Origin: Octopus vulgaris
Taxonomy: Eukaryota
DNA: 64,000 nucleotides
Assembly: GCA_951406725.2 (NCBI GenBank)
Contig: OX597815.1
Coordinates: forward strand, 143,654,001-143,718,000
Reading direction: 5' to 3'
Made by a program: the position numbers and the translations under genes. Numbering within the stretch: the first letter of the stretch is position 1; each line of letters begins with the position of its first letter. The notes under the pieces are model-generated. The model did not search any database. It was not told the origin of the DNA and saw only the letters and a list, made by a program, of their open reading frames with translations. Positions 13,510-25,938 of the stretch are shown here, one piece after another.

Positions 13510-14117
13510 AACCACATATAACGAACTAAAGAAATCGAATAAGAAACACAAAAAAAGCTGAGAAGGCAGTATATATATATATATCATTTAGCATCCATTT
13601 TTCATGCTAGCACGGGTTAAATAGTTTGACTGTAACTGGTAAGCAGATCTGTACCAGGTTCCAATCTGATAAATATATGTATGGTAGCTCAGTAAAATAA
13701 ACATAATAGGTGGCTTACCTCATGCAAAAATTGCAGGAGCAACTCAGAGGTTTTGTAAGCTCTTCTAAATCCATTGCAATGCTGGAACCCCTTCTCTATT
13801 GCCAGCAGGTATTTGAAAGTCAGAACCATTTCATCCCTTAAACTGGTATGTTTCAGCTCAGTCAGTTAGTGAGGACTGAAATAGTCCACACCCAGTTCAT
13901 TCCTCACTGCCTCACTCACTCACACACACACACATACTCTTTTACTCAGTCATTTGACTGCGGCCATGCTGGAGCACCTGGACTTATTCTTTCTAAGACT
14001 AGTACTTATTCTATCGGTGTCTTTTGCTGAAATGCTAAGTTATGGGGACGTAAACATACCAACATTGGTTGACAAGCAACGATGGGGGGGACAAACACAG
14101 ACACACAAACATATACT

Positions 14118-14158
<41 letters not shown>

Positions 14159-14494
14159 ATACCCAAAGATCATCAAGCTAGGCATACGCAGAAGAGGAGG
14201 GAAGGAGGGAGGTGAACAAGGGTGAATAAGAGGAGGGGTAAGAGGTGGTAGGAGGTGGAGGAGGAGGAGGGGTTCAGAATGTTTGAATAAATAGAAGATC
14301 TGAAGAATATGAAGATAGAAAGGTAGGAAAGCGTAGACAGGAAAGAGAAAAGGACACACAGACAGACAGATCAAGATGGCAGGGTAAGTGGAGGGTGGGG
14401 GTCGGGAGGGAGGGGGGATGATATATCAAAGGATTATGATGCAATATTTAAGCTTCACTATCATCTGGAACTGCACCATCCAATACTATCTCAT

Positions 14495-15380
14495 TACCAC
14501 CCTTGTCGTCCCCATCATCATAAGCACCATCACACCACTACCCTTCCCATCACCATCATCATCATTGTTATCATCCCCACCATGACTATCATCATCATCA
14601 GCAACATCACTGTTACCCTCATCACTATCATGGCTATTATCATCTCTATCATCATCACCATCAAAATTGTTATCACCATCACCATCTTTCCCATCACCAT
14701 CATCCCCTCTTCACCATCATGACCATTATCATCATCATCATCATCATCATCATCACTATTTTTACAATCACCATCACCACCACCCCCATCATCATCATGA
14801 CCATTATCATCACACTATTATCATCACCATCATCTTCATCATCACTACCTTTACCATCACCACCATCAAGATCATTATCATCACAATCATCATCACCACA
14901 CAATCACTATTATAACCATTATCACCACCACCCCCGCCCCATCACTATCATAACCATTATCATCACTATCATCGTGATCATGATCATTATCAACATTATC
15001 ATCACCACCATAAACATCACCACCACCACCATCAGCCACCTAGCTTACTTTACCTCCACCACTGCAACCAATCTTAACCGAAAATCAACCCCACCCCACT
15101 TGCTCATTCCGACATCCCCCCACCACCACCACCACCATCCACATGCCACAGCACTTCAATCAATACCCAATACCCGACATCTACCCACATATCTCTCTCA
15201 TGCACACACACACACACACACACACACACTCATCTCCACAATTACCATCATCAGCATTATCATCATGAATATCATCACACCTTCCTCCCCCACCCCTTAC
15301 TCAATCACCTCTACACCCCACGATGATCCACCACCACCACCACCTCTCAGTAAACCCTTTAGCATCAACATCAACAGCAA
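14495..15380. repeat. (CAT/CAC)n low-complexity tract
   Basis: Degenerate CAT/CAC trinucleotide array; it produces the His/Ile/Thr-rich spurious ORFs. Confidence 0.9.
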
Positions 15381-15487
15381 ATAATGTATTTGTATAGATA
15401 TATATATACACATATACATATATATATATACATATATATATATACACATATATATATACATATATATATATACACATATATATATGC

Positions 15488-15537
<50 letters not shown>

Positions 15538-16057
15538 ACTTAACACCAATATTTCCATCTCCAGTCACAATACCACTTCCACGCCACCACCACCACTACC
15601 ACTACTTCCCAAGCCACTATCACTATTACCTCACACCGCCACTACTCCATACCACCCTTCCTACAGTGTAAAGCAGGGAAATAAAATAATGTTATTGGTG
15701 GAAATTGACTGAGCTGTGGACTGCCTGTCATACATGAGGAAATAGTTAGAATGCTTGAGAGTGAGGGAGAGACAGAAATGGAAAGAGAGAGAGAGAAGGG
15801 CAGAGTGAGAGGTAGGAGAGATGTCTGAGTGTAAGCACATGCAGACAGACTGGCAGCCGGCAGTTGTGGAGAGGAGGGAGGAGATGAAAAGAGGAGGAGG
15901 AGGACAGGTGACTCTTTTACTGGGAGATGCTGGCTGGCAAACACAAGAAGAGTGTGTGTGCACGTATGTATATATACACCCACACACACACACATACATA
16001 CATACATGCATTCACACAGAGTCACATATACTGGTTAAACGATTATGATGATGATAC

Positions 16058-16298
16058 GGGCTGTCTGTTGTGTTCTTGAGCAAGACACTTTATTTCACAT
16101 TGCTCCAGTTCACTCAGCTGTAGAAATGAGTTGCGACGTCACTGGTGCCAAACTGTATTGGCCTTTGCCTTTCCCTTGGATAACATCGGTGGCATGGAGA
16201 GGGGAGGCTGGTATAAACAGCCTTGTTTGGACTTGTGCCTCAGAGGGGGAACTTCCTAGGTGCAGTCCCATGGTCATTCATGACCAAAGGGGATCTTT
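16058..16298 (+). mobile_element. SINE-like element (5'-truncated, GTGTTCTTGAGCAAGACACTT domain)
   Basis: CORE/V-like motif TTGAGCAAGACACTTTATTTCACATTGCTCCAGTTCACTCAGCTG; its reverse complement is also present in family C copies. Confidence 0.55.
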
Positions 16299-16299
16299 A

Positions 16300-16701
16300 C
16301 TCTTTTTATTCTTTCGTTCTTTCACTTGTTTCAGTCATTTGACAGCAGGCATGCTGGAGCACCACCTTTAGTCGAACAAAGCGACCCCAGGGCTTATTCT
16401 TTGTAACTATAGTACTTATTCTATTAGTTCTTTTTGCCAAACTGCTAAGTTACGGAGACATAAACACACCAACATCATTTGTCAAGCAATGTGGGGGGGG
16501 TCAAACACTGACACACAAACATATACATATATATATAAACACAACGGGCTTCATTTCAGTTTCCATCTACCAAATCCACTCACAAGGCTTTGGTCAGCCT
16601 GAGGATATAGTAGAAGATACTAGCCCAAGGTGCCACACAGTGGGACTGAACCCACAACCATGCAGTTGGGAAGCAAACTTTTTACCACACAGCCATGCCT
16701 G
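16300..16701 (-). mobile_element. SINE family B
   Basis: Full-length reverse-complement match to 18746-19156, with many CpG-to-TpG changes. Confidence 0.85.
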
Positions 16702-16752
16702 TGTCTATATATAATTCATATACATACATACATACATACATACATACATACA

Positions 16753-16783
<31 letters not shown>

Positions 16784-17693
16784 CAGCAGCAGCATTGTTT
16801 AACGTCCACATTCCATGCTAGCCTGATTGCTGTTGTGGCTGGTATGTAATTCTGATCAAAAAAATCCTATTTTCTTCTTAGGCATAGTGTACCATGGACT
16901 ACATTATTCGAAGAATGTTAGAAGAGCGAAACAAACTTGGAAAATAGTTAAAACACGTAAAATTGTGACAAACATATATATATAGGTTTTATAGCTGTGA
17001 TTTCCAGTTGATAGCAATTGAAGGGAGTGGGTGTCTGTGTGTGCCACAGTGTTTGTATATGTGTGTGTCTACATCCCACAGAGCAACCTGCATGTAAAAT
17101 ATATAATTGTCTATATACAAAAAAGAGACAGAGAGAGAGATACTTTGATATCACATGCTGAGAATGACTGTTTAATCATATCTATATATATACACACACA
17201 TATATATGTCTGTATGTATGTATGTATGTATGTATGTAATATGTATATGTTTTCTTAATGACTTGACTTAAACTTAATTGGCTTCAGGTAAGGAGTGAGC
17301 AAGTGGAGAGTAGGGGGCACTTCCTAAGAAACATCACAACTATGTACAGAGGGAAGTATTGTGTTGGTGGTGGTGGTGGTTATGTTAGTGGCAGAGTAAG
17401 AGTGTGGAGGAAATGTATGAAGTTATAAACAAGACATTTGGGTGTGTGTAGGTTTGTGTGTCATTGTTGTTTAGCCCCAGGTCAGACCCTTTAAGGAGCA
17501 AACATATAATCAAAACAATTCCAGTGGCAACCATCCCATCGTTTAGGTGGTATCTAGGACGACATTATCTAATATATCCTTCACTGCCTGATAGGCTGTG
17601 ACTTGGGAGAAATTTGGCTACTGTTTCTAGCAATGTGTATATGTATGTCCATGAAGGCCAAGTAGTCTAGTAAAAAAAGTCCTATACTACATT

Positions 17694-17743
<50 letters not shown>

Positions 17744-17746
<3 letters not shown>

Positions 17747-18616
17747 GGTGCGGTGAATAAACTTTTGTGTAAATTACACAAAAACGTAAAAACACTAACA
17801 TCTCATTTATCAGATATATTTACCAAAATTACATAAAAATATCATGAAATACTAATCAATAAAATCGCCATTGGCATCAACCATGGCCTCAGACGACTTC
17901 AGAATCTCCTGCAACTCTTCTGGACAGTCTCTTTGTTTAAGTTGATGAATGCTGCCATAATCTTTGCCTTCAGTTCATCTTTGGTTTCACAAGGAGTTTT
18001 GTTGGTCTCTCGCTCAACTGTGCCCCACACATAATAACAAAGGGGATTACAGTCAGGGAAATTATCTGGGGAGCCAAATGTTAGAAGTGATGTGGTCGCA
18101 GAAATTGTTTGACAGCCATGACTGAGTTCTCCTGTTTCTGAGGCATGATGCAGAGTTCTGTTGTCAAACATAGAGTCTTCCATTAGCCACCCTCTTGACC
18201 CAGGGCAGCACTACCTCCTCCAGGCACCTGATGTAAGCCTCCATGTTGAGTCTGAGGCCATGTGAGAAGATGAATGGAAGCATAACATTGCCATCACTAG
18301 TGATCACTCCAAACACCATGATATTTACTGGATGTTTGATTTTTATCACTCTCGGTGCATGTCCTCAGATTGCACAATGTCCTTAGATTGGCACCCAAAC
18401 ACTCTGAAATGTTCATATTGGAGCTTCTGGCTCAAATGCCAAGCAGTACGGCATGTTGTTTCCAAATTTCTGGCAGAATGAATTGCATCATGGTGCTGTT
18501 TTTCTCACAGATGGTGCCCAACTGACCTTACTATACTGTGCAGTTGACAAAATCAGAAACAAACAATGCGCGAAATTAAAAGTATTAAATGGCAACAATT
18601 TACCCATTGCACCCAG
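17744..18616 (-). mobile_element. Internally deleted Tc1/mariner DD37D (maT) transposon
   Basis: Starts TA|CAGGGTGCGGTGAATAAA; the imperfect right TIR ends ...GCACCCAG. Transposase remnants VNIMVFGVITSDG and PDCNPLCYYVWGTVERETNK. Homologous to 58952-60220. Confidence 0.85.
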
Positions 18617-18745
18617 TTCTCTTTGCCTTATATATCGCACATGGATTCTATTTACATATATTTTTGTGATCACTTATGTATAATTATATTTTTAAAAATA
18701 TTCATGTATGTCAATATGTACTGATACATATATGTGTGTATATAT

Positions 18746-18901
18746 AGGAGTGGCTGTGTGGTAAGTAGCTTGCTTACTAACCACATGGTTCTGGGTTCAG
18801 TCCCACTGTGTGGCACCTTGGGCAAGTGTCTTCTACTATAGCTTCAGGTCGACCAAAGTCTTGTGAGTGGATTTGGTAGATGGAAACTGAAAGAAGCCCG
18901 T

Positions 18902-18948
<47 letters not shown>

Positions 18949-19156
18949 CTGTGTGTGTGTTTGTGTTTGTCCCCCAACATCGCTTGACAACCAATGCTAG
19001 TGTACTTACGTCCCGTCACTTAGCAGTTCGGCAAAAGAGACCAATAGAATAAGTACTGGGCTTACAAAGAATAAGTCCCGGCGGTCGCTCAACTAAAGGC
19101 GGTGCTCCAGCATGGCATCAGTCAAATGACTGAAACAAGTAAAAGAGTAAAAGAGT
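18746..19156 (+). mobile_element. SINE family B, full length
   Basis: tRNA-like head GGAGTGGCTGTGTGGTAAG...GGTTCAGTCCC, CORE-like CACCTTGGGCAAGTGTCTT, internal (TA/TG)n, (GTAAAAGA)n tail. Confidence 0.9.
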
Positions 19157-19269
19157 ATATATATATATATATATATATACGCATTTTGGGTCGAATTTAT
19201 AATTGTGTATGAGTATGTAACAGGAGTTGTAATTCTTATATATATATATATATATATATATGCAAGTGG

Positions 19270-19585
19270 CACAGCACTCTGTCAGTTACAACAAGGATTC
19301 CTGTTGATTTGATCAATGGAACAGTCTGCTCATAAAATTAATGTGCGAGTGGCTGAGCACTGCACAAACACATGTACCCTTAACGTAGTGCTCAGGGAGA
19401 TTCAGCATGACACAGAATGTGATAAGGCTGGCCCCTGTGAAATACAGGTACTACTCATATTTTGCCTGCTAAGTGGACTGGAGCAACATGAAATAAAGTG
19501 TTTTGCTTAAAGATACAATGCATAGTCAGGAATTGAACTCACACCCTTATGACTGTGAGCTGAATGCCCTAAGCACATGCCTTCA
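19270..19585 (-). mobile_element. SINE family C, degenerate copy
   Basis: Matches the 24164-24544 body. Confidence 0.7.
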
Positions 19586-19626
19586 TTATAAATATATATA
19601 TATATATATATGTACGCATATATATG

Positions 19627-19665
<39 letters not shown>

Positions 19666-19691
19666 ATATGATATATATATATGTATATGGA

Positions 19692-20428
19692 CATAAGAAG
19701 TATTGGATGTGGCATGCAAGAGAGACATTTGCGCTGTTATGGTCATGTACAACGGATGGATGAGGAGAGATGTGTGAAGAAGTGCCACTCCCAAACAGTC
19801 GAAGGAATCTGGGGTAGAGGTAGACCCAGGAAGACACGGGATGAAGTGGTCAAGAATGACCTTCGAATGTTGGGCCTCACAGAGGGAATGACAAAAGACC
19901 GAGATCTCTGGAGATATGCTGTGACTGCGAAGACCCGACAAATAACGTGAGTTCATGGCTGTCTCCTGCACCAGCTTCACATAGCAGCCCCAGCCCATCC
20001 TAAGTACCTTGGATTGTAGGGTGACCTGCTGAGCTTGAGGAGACCTATTGAGTCAAGTACATCAACATCAAATAAAAATCAAATGGAAATTGTAGTTGGA
20101 AACCTGTGCCGGTGGCAGGTAAAAAGCACCATCCGAACGTGGCCAATGCCAGCGCCACCCTGACTGGCTTCCGTGCCAGTGGCACATAAAAAGCATCAAC
20201 CGATCATGACCATTGCCAGCCTCATTTGGCACCTGTGCTAGTGGCACATAAAAAGCACCCCTACACTCACGGAGTGGTTGGTGTTAGGGAAGGGCATCCA
20301 GCTGTAGAAACACTGCCAGATCAGACTGGAGCCTGGTGCAGCCTCCTGGCTTCCCAGACCTGGTCAAACGGTCCAACCCATGCTACCATGGAAAACAGAC
20401 GTTAAAGGATGATGATGATGAGGATGAC
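19692..20428 (+). mobile_element. 5'-truncated RTE-clade LINE (ORF C-terminus plus 3'UTR, (GAT)n tail)
   Basis: ORF 19681-19950 contains RHLRCYGHVQRMDEERCVKKC...GRGRPRKTRDEVVKNDL...DRDLWR, typical of the RTE C-terminus. The 3'UTR ends GGAAAACAGACGTTAAAG(GAT)n. UTR fragments recur at about 25490-25675 and 27205-27400. Confidence 0.85.
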
Positions 20429-20997
20429 ATATATATATATATCATGGGTTCAATTCCACTTCAAGCATTCCATCGCGTTTTCTTGATTAGACTCTGCTTC
20501 ATAGAATACATGTGACATACTTTGGAAACGTTATCTTTGATAGGCTGATCTCAGAATCAGTCGGGGTGGCATTGGGGAAATTTCATACTCTCAGAATGTT
20601 ACCTCTGATACAGTAGTAGGGGTGGAACTGATTAAAGTACATTCTCTTATAAAGTGATCTTGGAGCCAGAGATAGTGTTTGTGAAACCAAAGCCCTTTAT
20701 AAACTCATTGAAACTTTGGTGGCATTTTAATATATTATGAGTGTGCATGCTCACTTATTTTTTACATGCACAGACATATACGCACATATATCTCTTATCT
20801 TTTACCCATTTCAGTCATTGAACTGTGACCATGCTGGGGCAGTCATTGGACTGTAAACATGAAGGGTTTAGTCAAACAAGTCAACCCCTGTACTTATTTT
20901 TCAAACCTGATACTTATTCTATCAGTCTCTTTTGCCAAACTGCTAAGTTACAGGGACATAAGCAAATCAACATTAGTTGTCAAACAGAGGTGGGGGA

Positions 20998-21195
20998 GCC
21001 AACAACTAATGAAGGGTCATTATTTGTGTTACTTGTCTTGTTTTCCATTTGATTCTCTCGCTGTTCGCATACCCAAGTTTACCCTCGTATTTCATATTGT
21101 TTACGTTTTGTGATGTCCTGTACCCATATATGTTTTGTTGTCCCTTTTTTGTACCACCTAACTGTCTGGATGTTTTGCGTTCTTGTCCCATTTTG

Positions 21196-21237
<42 letters not shown>

Positions 21238-21254
21238 GTATGTAAACATATATG

Positions 21255-21298
<44 letters not shown>

Positions 21299-21344
21299 TA
21301 TATAATACAAAATGGGACAAGAACGCAAAACATCCAGACAGTTA
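20998..21344. mobile_element. Penelope-like relic with inverted terminal duplication, abutting a truncated SINE B
   Basis: Begins CCAACAACTAATGAAGGG (degenerate CTGATGA). Perfect 41-bp inverted repeat 21159-21199 / 21304-21344 around (TA)n. Confidence 0.5.
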
Positions 21345-21590
21345 TATATATATATAGGTTATGATAGGTAAAGGTGTTATTGAGACCCAAAGGTGCAAGG
21401 TAATGTTGAATAAGTGCTATAGATTGGACCGCTGTTAAGTTCCAGGCTCGGTGATTATGCGAATAAGGGGTTCAATGTTGGTCATACGTCAGCGTGTGTA
21501 TATAAAAATTTTATTTTGTAATGCGATAAAAAACCAAGGGTGTGTAGATTTTAGAACACAGCCTTGGTTTTTTTATCTCATTACAAAATG

Positions 21591-21676
<86 letters not shown>

Positions 21677-22725
21677 TAGTGTTTGCTTATGACCTGTGTG
21701 TGTAATGTAAATAGTAGCTGGAGCTGTGACACATGGGGTTGCTTGATCTAGTATAGTAAAGCTTATGTAGTAGTATAAGCTATAGTATGTAGTGGTACAG
21801 TGGTTATGTATAGCAGGATACAGTGTTGCTAATAGGCCAGTAATGTCATGTTAGATGGAAACAACAAAAATAATGTGGGATTAAATATTACCTCTCCGTA
21901 TTATTAATGCTGCCTCTGTCGCTAATGAATATATTTGAACAAGAAAAACAATGTCCTTTCTTAGGCAATAGGGATTGTTTACGGTATGTGTAGGCAAATA
22001 ATTATGTGTGGATGTCTATACAAGCGTGTGTGAGTGTGGGGGTATGTTTCTGTAGGTGTATGTAGGCATGCGTGTGTGAGTGTGTGTGTGGGCGTATATG
22101 ACAAAAGAGGAAGTTGTCTCACTACATTGCAAGGGTTGATTAGTGACAGAGTAAAGTGTGAGTGTTGATGATGACAGTGATGGTAGCGGTGGTGGCAGTG
22201 GTAGTGGTGGTGGTGATGGTGGTGGTGGTGGTGTTGGTAACAGTGGGTCAAACAGGAGGAAGTACATTCATACTTTACACCTACCCACACACCAACCATC
22301 ACAACGCTGTACTGTACGACATAGTATACCACCAACTATAGCCCATACACATCTCACACACACACATACACATTCTCATCCATACCAACTCACACACACC
22401 ACTCAGGCATTGAACTATGCCATCACTACCACCACCACCATCAAAGCACCACTAACAATATACTTCCACAATACCAACACAAAGCGAGCACCACTAGCAC
22501 TGCATCCCCAACTACAACACAATCACATAAGCACTACTACCATAAAAAACACCACTACAACACCACTGCAGAATCACAAACACTATACTATCACCATACC
22601 AGCATGACAGTATCACTACAAACATACTACCATGACACTACTACAACACTGTGCACTGTAACCCATACTTTTGTAACCATACCACTTCTGTCATCACATC
22701 ATACCACTATTACTACCGTCCATAG

Positions 22726-22911
22726 AGGCAGCAAGCTGGCAGAAACGTTAGCATGCCAGGTGAAATGCCTAGCAGTCTTTACGCTCTGAGTTCAAATTCT
22801 ACCAAGGTTGACTTTGCCTTTCATCCTTTCAGGGTTGATAAATTAAGTCCCAGTTGCATACTGGGGTCGATCTAATAGACTGGTTCCCTCCCCCCAAATT
22901 CCAGGCCTTGT
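22726..22911 (+). mobile_element. SINE family A
   Basis: Matches the family A consensus. Confidence 0.8.
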
Positions 22912-23385
22912 AAACATTACATTTCACCTAATCACCAGGTCAGCAAGAATGAATTGAAAGACCCCTACTGACCCCATAAAGAGGGAATTCAATCCTTGGA
23001 ATCTGTTAGCGATAGGGGACAAGACTGTTTGTGATTTTGTAAAATGACCTAAGAGAGGGGTGCTGAGGTATAGGATTAGATTTGACAAGGTGCATGGACA
23101 TCAAAGACAACCCACAGAGGTAGCAGCAGCAGCAGTAGCAGTAGTAGTAGTAGTAGTAGTAGTTGTAGTAGTAGTAGTAGTAGTTCATAATTCTGAACAA
23201 TTCGAAAGGAGTGATGTGCAGAAAAGTAAATGCCTTATATCAACAGTAAGCTGTCCCAACATGAAAACAAACAATGAACAGGAAATGAAAAAAAAGCAAT
23301 TCATAGATAGAACTGTTGGCAAATATGCTTTGTAAGCACATCTAACCATCCAACTCTACATTAACAAAGGATTTTACAATTCCAG

Positions 23386-23440
<55 letters not shown>

Positions 23441-23460
23441 GTTATCACTATTATTACATA

Positions 23461-23845
23461 CTAGCAGTATCACCCGGCGTTGCTCGGGTTTGTAAGGGAA
23501 ATAACTATAAAGCATTTTTAGAGAGTTATAGCCAAAAAATAGCAAAAAAATGGAAAAAAAATTATGGTAAATTTCTTTTTGAGAGTTAAAAAGGTCGAGT
23601 TGCGTCCCCTAGACAGTCTGTGGTTTGTGTTTCTGATTCTCGACCCCATGTCGAATTTATCGAGTTTTTTCAGAACTGGGGGAACTTTTCAAAATTTTCG
23701 CTGCGTTAGTTTTGAATTATGACATTGGGCTATGTGTGTGTCAAGTTTCATCAGAATCGGTTGAAAGCCATGGTCAGGGTGAGGGTACAACCTGACAGAC
23801 ACACAGACACACAGACAGACAAACTGCTGTTTATATAGAGAGAGA
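23461..23845 (-). mobile_element. Non-autonomous Helitron, copy 2
   Basis: Reverse complement of 5763-6145 with the CTAG end, subterminal hairpin and TC start. Confidence 0.85.
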
Positions 23846-24163
23846 TGTATGTATATGACTTGTTTTAGTCATTAGAATCCGACCATGTTAGGGCAGCATC
23901 TTCAAGAATATTTAGTCAAATGAATCAACCCCGAGATTCATTGTTTTTTTTTTTGTTTTTATTTAAGCCTGATACTTATTTTAACAAACCCTCTCGCCAA
24001 ACTGCTAAGTTACAGGAACATAAACACACCAACACTAGTTGTCAAGCATGATGGGGTACAAACACACACACACACACACACATGTATAGAATGGGTTTCT
24101 GCCTACCTGAACCATATGATTGAAAAGCAAGCCTCTCATCACCCAGTCACACCTGATATATAT

Positions 24164-24544
24164 GGATAGAAGCACTCCGTCGGTTACAACGACGAGGGTT
24201 CCGGTTGATCCGATCAACAGAACAGCCTGCTCATGAAATTAACGTGTAAGTGGCTGAGCACTCCACAGACACGTGTACCCTTAACGTAGTTCTCGGGGAT
24301 ATTCAGCGTGACACAGAGAGTGACAAGGCCGGCCCTTTGAAATACAGGTACAACAGAAACAGGAAGTAAGAGAAAGTTGTGGTGAAAGAGTACAGCAGGG
24401 ATCACCACCATACCTGCCGGAGCCTCGTGGAGCTTTAGATGTTTTCGCTCAATAAACACTCACAACGCCCGGTCTGGGAATCAAAACCGCGATCCTACGA
24501 CCACGAGTCCGCTGCCCTAACCACTGGGCCATTGCGCCTCCACT
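24164..24544 (-). mobile_element. SINE family C (tRNA-like head), full length with TSD
   Basis: Minus-strand head GGCGCAATGGCCCAGTGGTTAGGGCAGCGGACTCGTGGTCGTAGGATCGCGGTTTTGATTCCC; TSD CCTGATATATAT at 24152-24163 and 24545-24556. Confidence 0.85.
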
Positions 24545-24548
24545 CCTG

Positions 24549-24579
<31 letters not shown>

Positions 24580-24796
24580 CAGGATGGCCCAAAAGTAGGT
24601 TTACAGTTATTCATCTATCTCTTTATCTCTTTTGCACTCATATATTAACAGTTTAGATCTTAATTATAAAAATATATGAAACCATTATTCTATGCTAATT
24701 TAGTTAATTGCAAGATAGAAATTTAAATGTAATAAAATGTTTTAAAAGAAATTTAAAGTGACTATATGTTAACTGTAAACCTACTTTTGGGCCACC

Positions 24797-24799
<3 letters not shown>
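24580..24799. mobile_element. Tc1/mariner-derived MITE
   Basis: 30-bp TIR CAGG(A/G)TGGCCCAAAAGTAGGTTTACAGTTA with one mismatch; TA target. Confidence 0.9.
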
Positions 24800-24853
<54 letters not shown>

Positions 24854-25043
24854 TATACATACATATAAACGTCTGTCATTACGTTCTGAGTTCAAATTCT
24901 GCCGAGGTCAACTTTGCCTTTCATCCTTTGGGGGTCGATAAATAAAGTACCAGTTTCGCACTGGGGTCGATGTAATCGACTTAATCCCTTTGTCTGTCCT
25001 TGTTTGTCCCCTCTATGTTTAGCCCCTTGTGGGCAGTAAAGAA

Positions 25044-25095
<52 letters not shown>

Positions 25096-25199
25096 CACAA
25101 TTTGAGGATGCAATTTCCCTGTAAGGGATTGTTAATAACAGTCCAGATGCCAACTACTTTATTAAATATATTGAAAGCCAGTTGGCATCTGGATTATAT

Positions 25200-25300
<101 letters not shown>

Positions 25301-25895
25301 ATATATATATATGTATGTACTCAGACATATACACATGCATCCTTTACCCTCTTTACCTATTCTCTCTTCTTGATATCCTATTGTTTTTGTACCTTGAGGG
25401 TATGTTCTGGTACCTAATGACAACCATCTTTATCTTTCTCTCCATCCACTCCCACCCACCCATACATCATAAGGGATAGCAGGCTTATAGGTGCTGGTAC
25501 CATGTAAAAAGTACCCTGTACACTCTGCAAAGTAGTTGGTGTTAGGAAGAGCATCCAGCTGTAGAAACTGTGCCAAAACATACAGGGAGTCTGAATAGCC
25601 CTTCAGCTGGTCAGCTTCTGTCAAACAGTCCAACCCATGCCAGCACGGAAATTGGATGTTAACTGATGATGATGGCAGCTATGTATCCCTTCCACAACAA
25701 TAAAGCTGCTCCTGTCCTTCTCATCAAACTTTAAACACTCAACACTCATAGAGCTACCTTCATACTGGCATGTTTTAGATGGTTTATTGATAGGATCCAA
25801 TGAATATGAAGACTGCATCATGCTTCAATGTCTTCTTCAGCATGATTTCTACAGATGGGTGACCTTCCTAACAGCAACCACTTCACAGCATGTAC

Positions 25896-25938
<43 letters not shown>

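Noticed and set aside
14667-15384. His-rich and Ile-rich ORFs
   Set aside because: Derived from (CAT/CAC)n low-complexity sequence that stays open in several frames.
24470-24544. tRNA-like sequence (also the heads of SINE A and B)
   Set aside because: These are SINE heads with A/B boxes but no proper acceptor stem, continuous with the repeat bodies.
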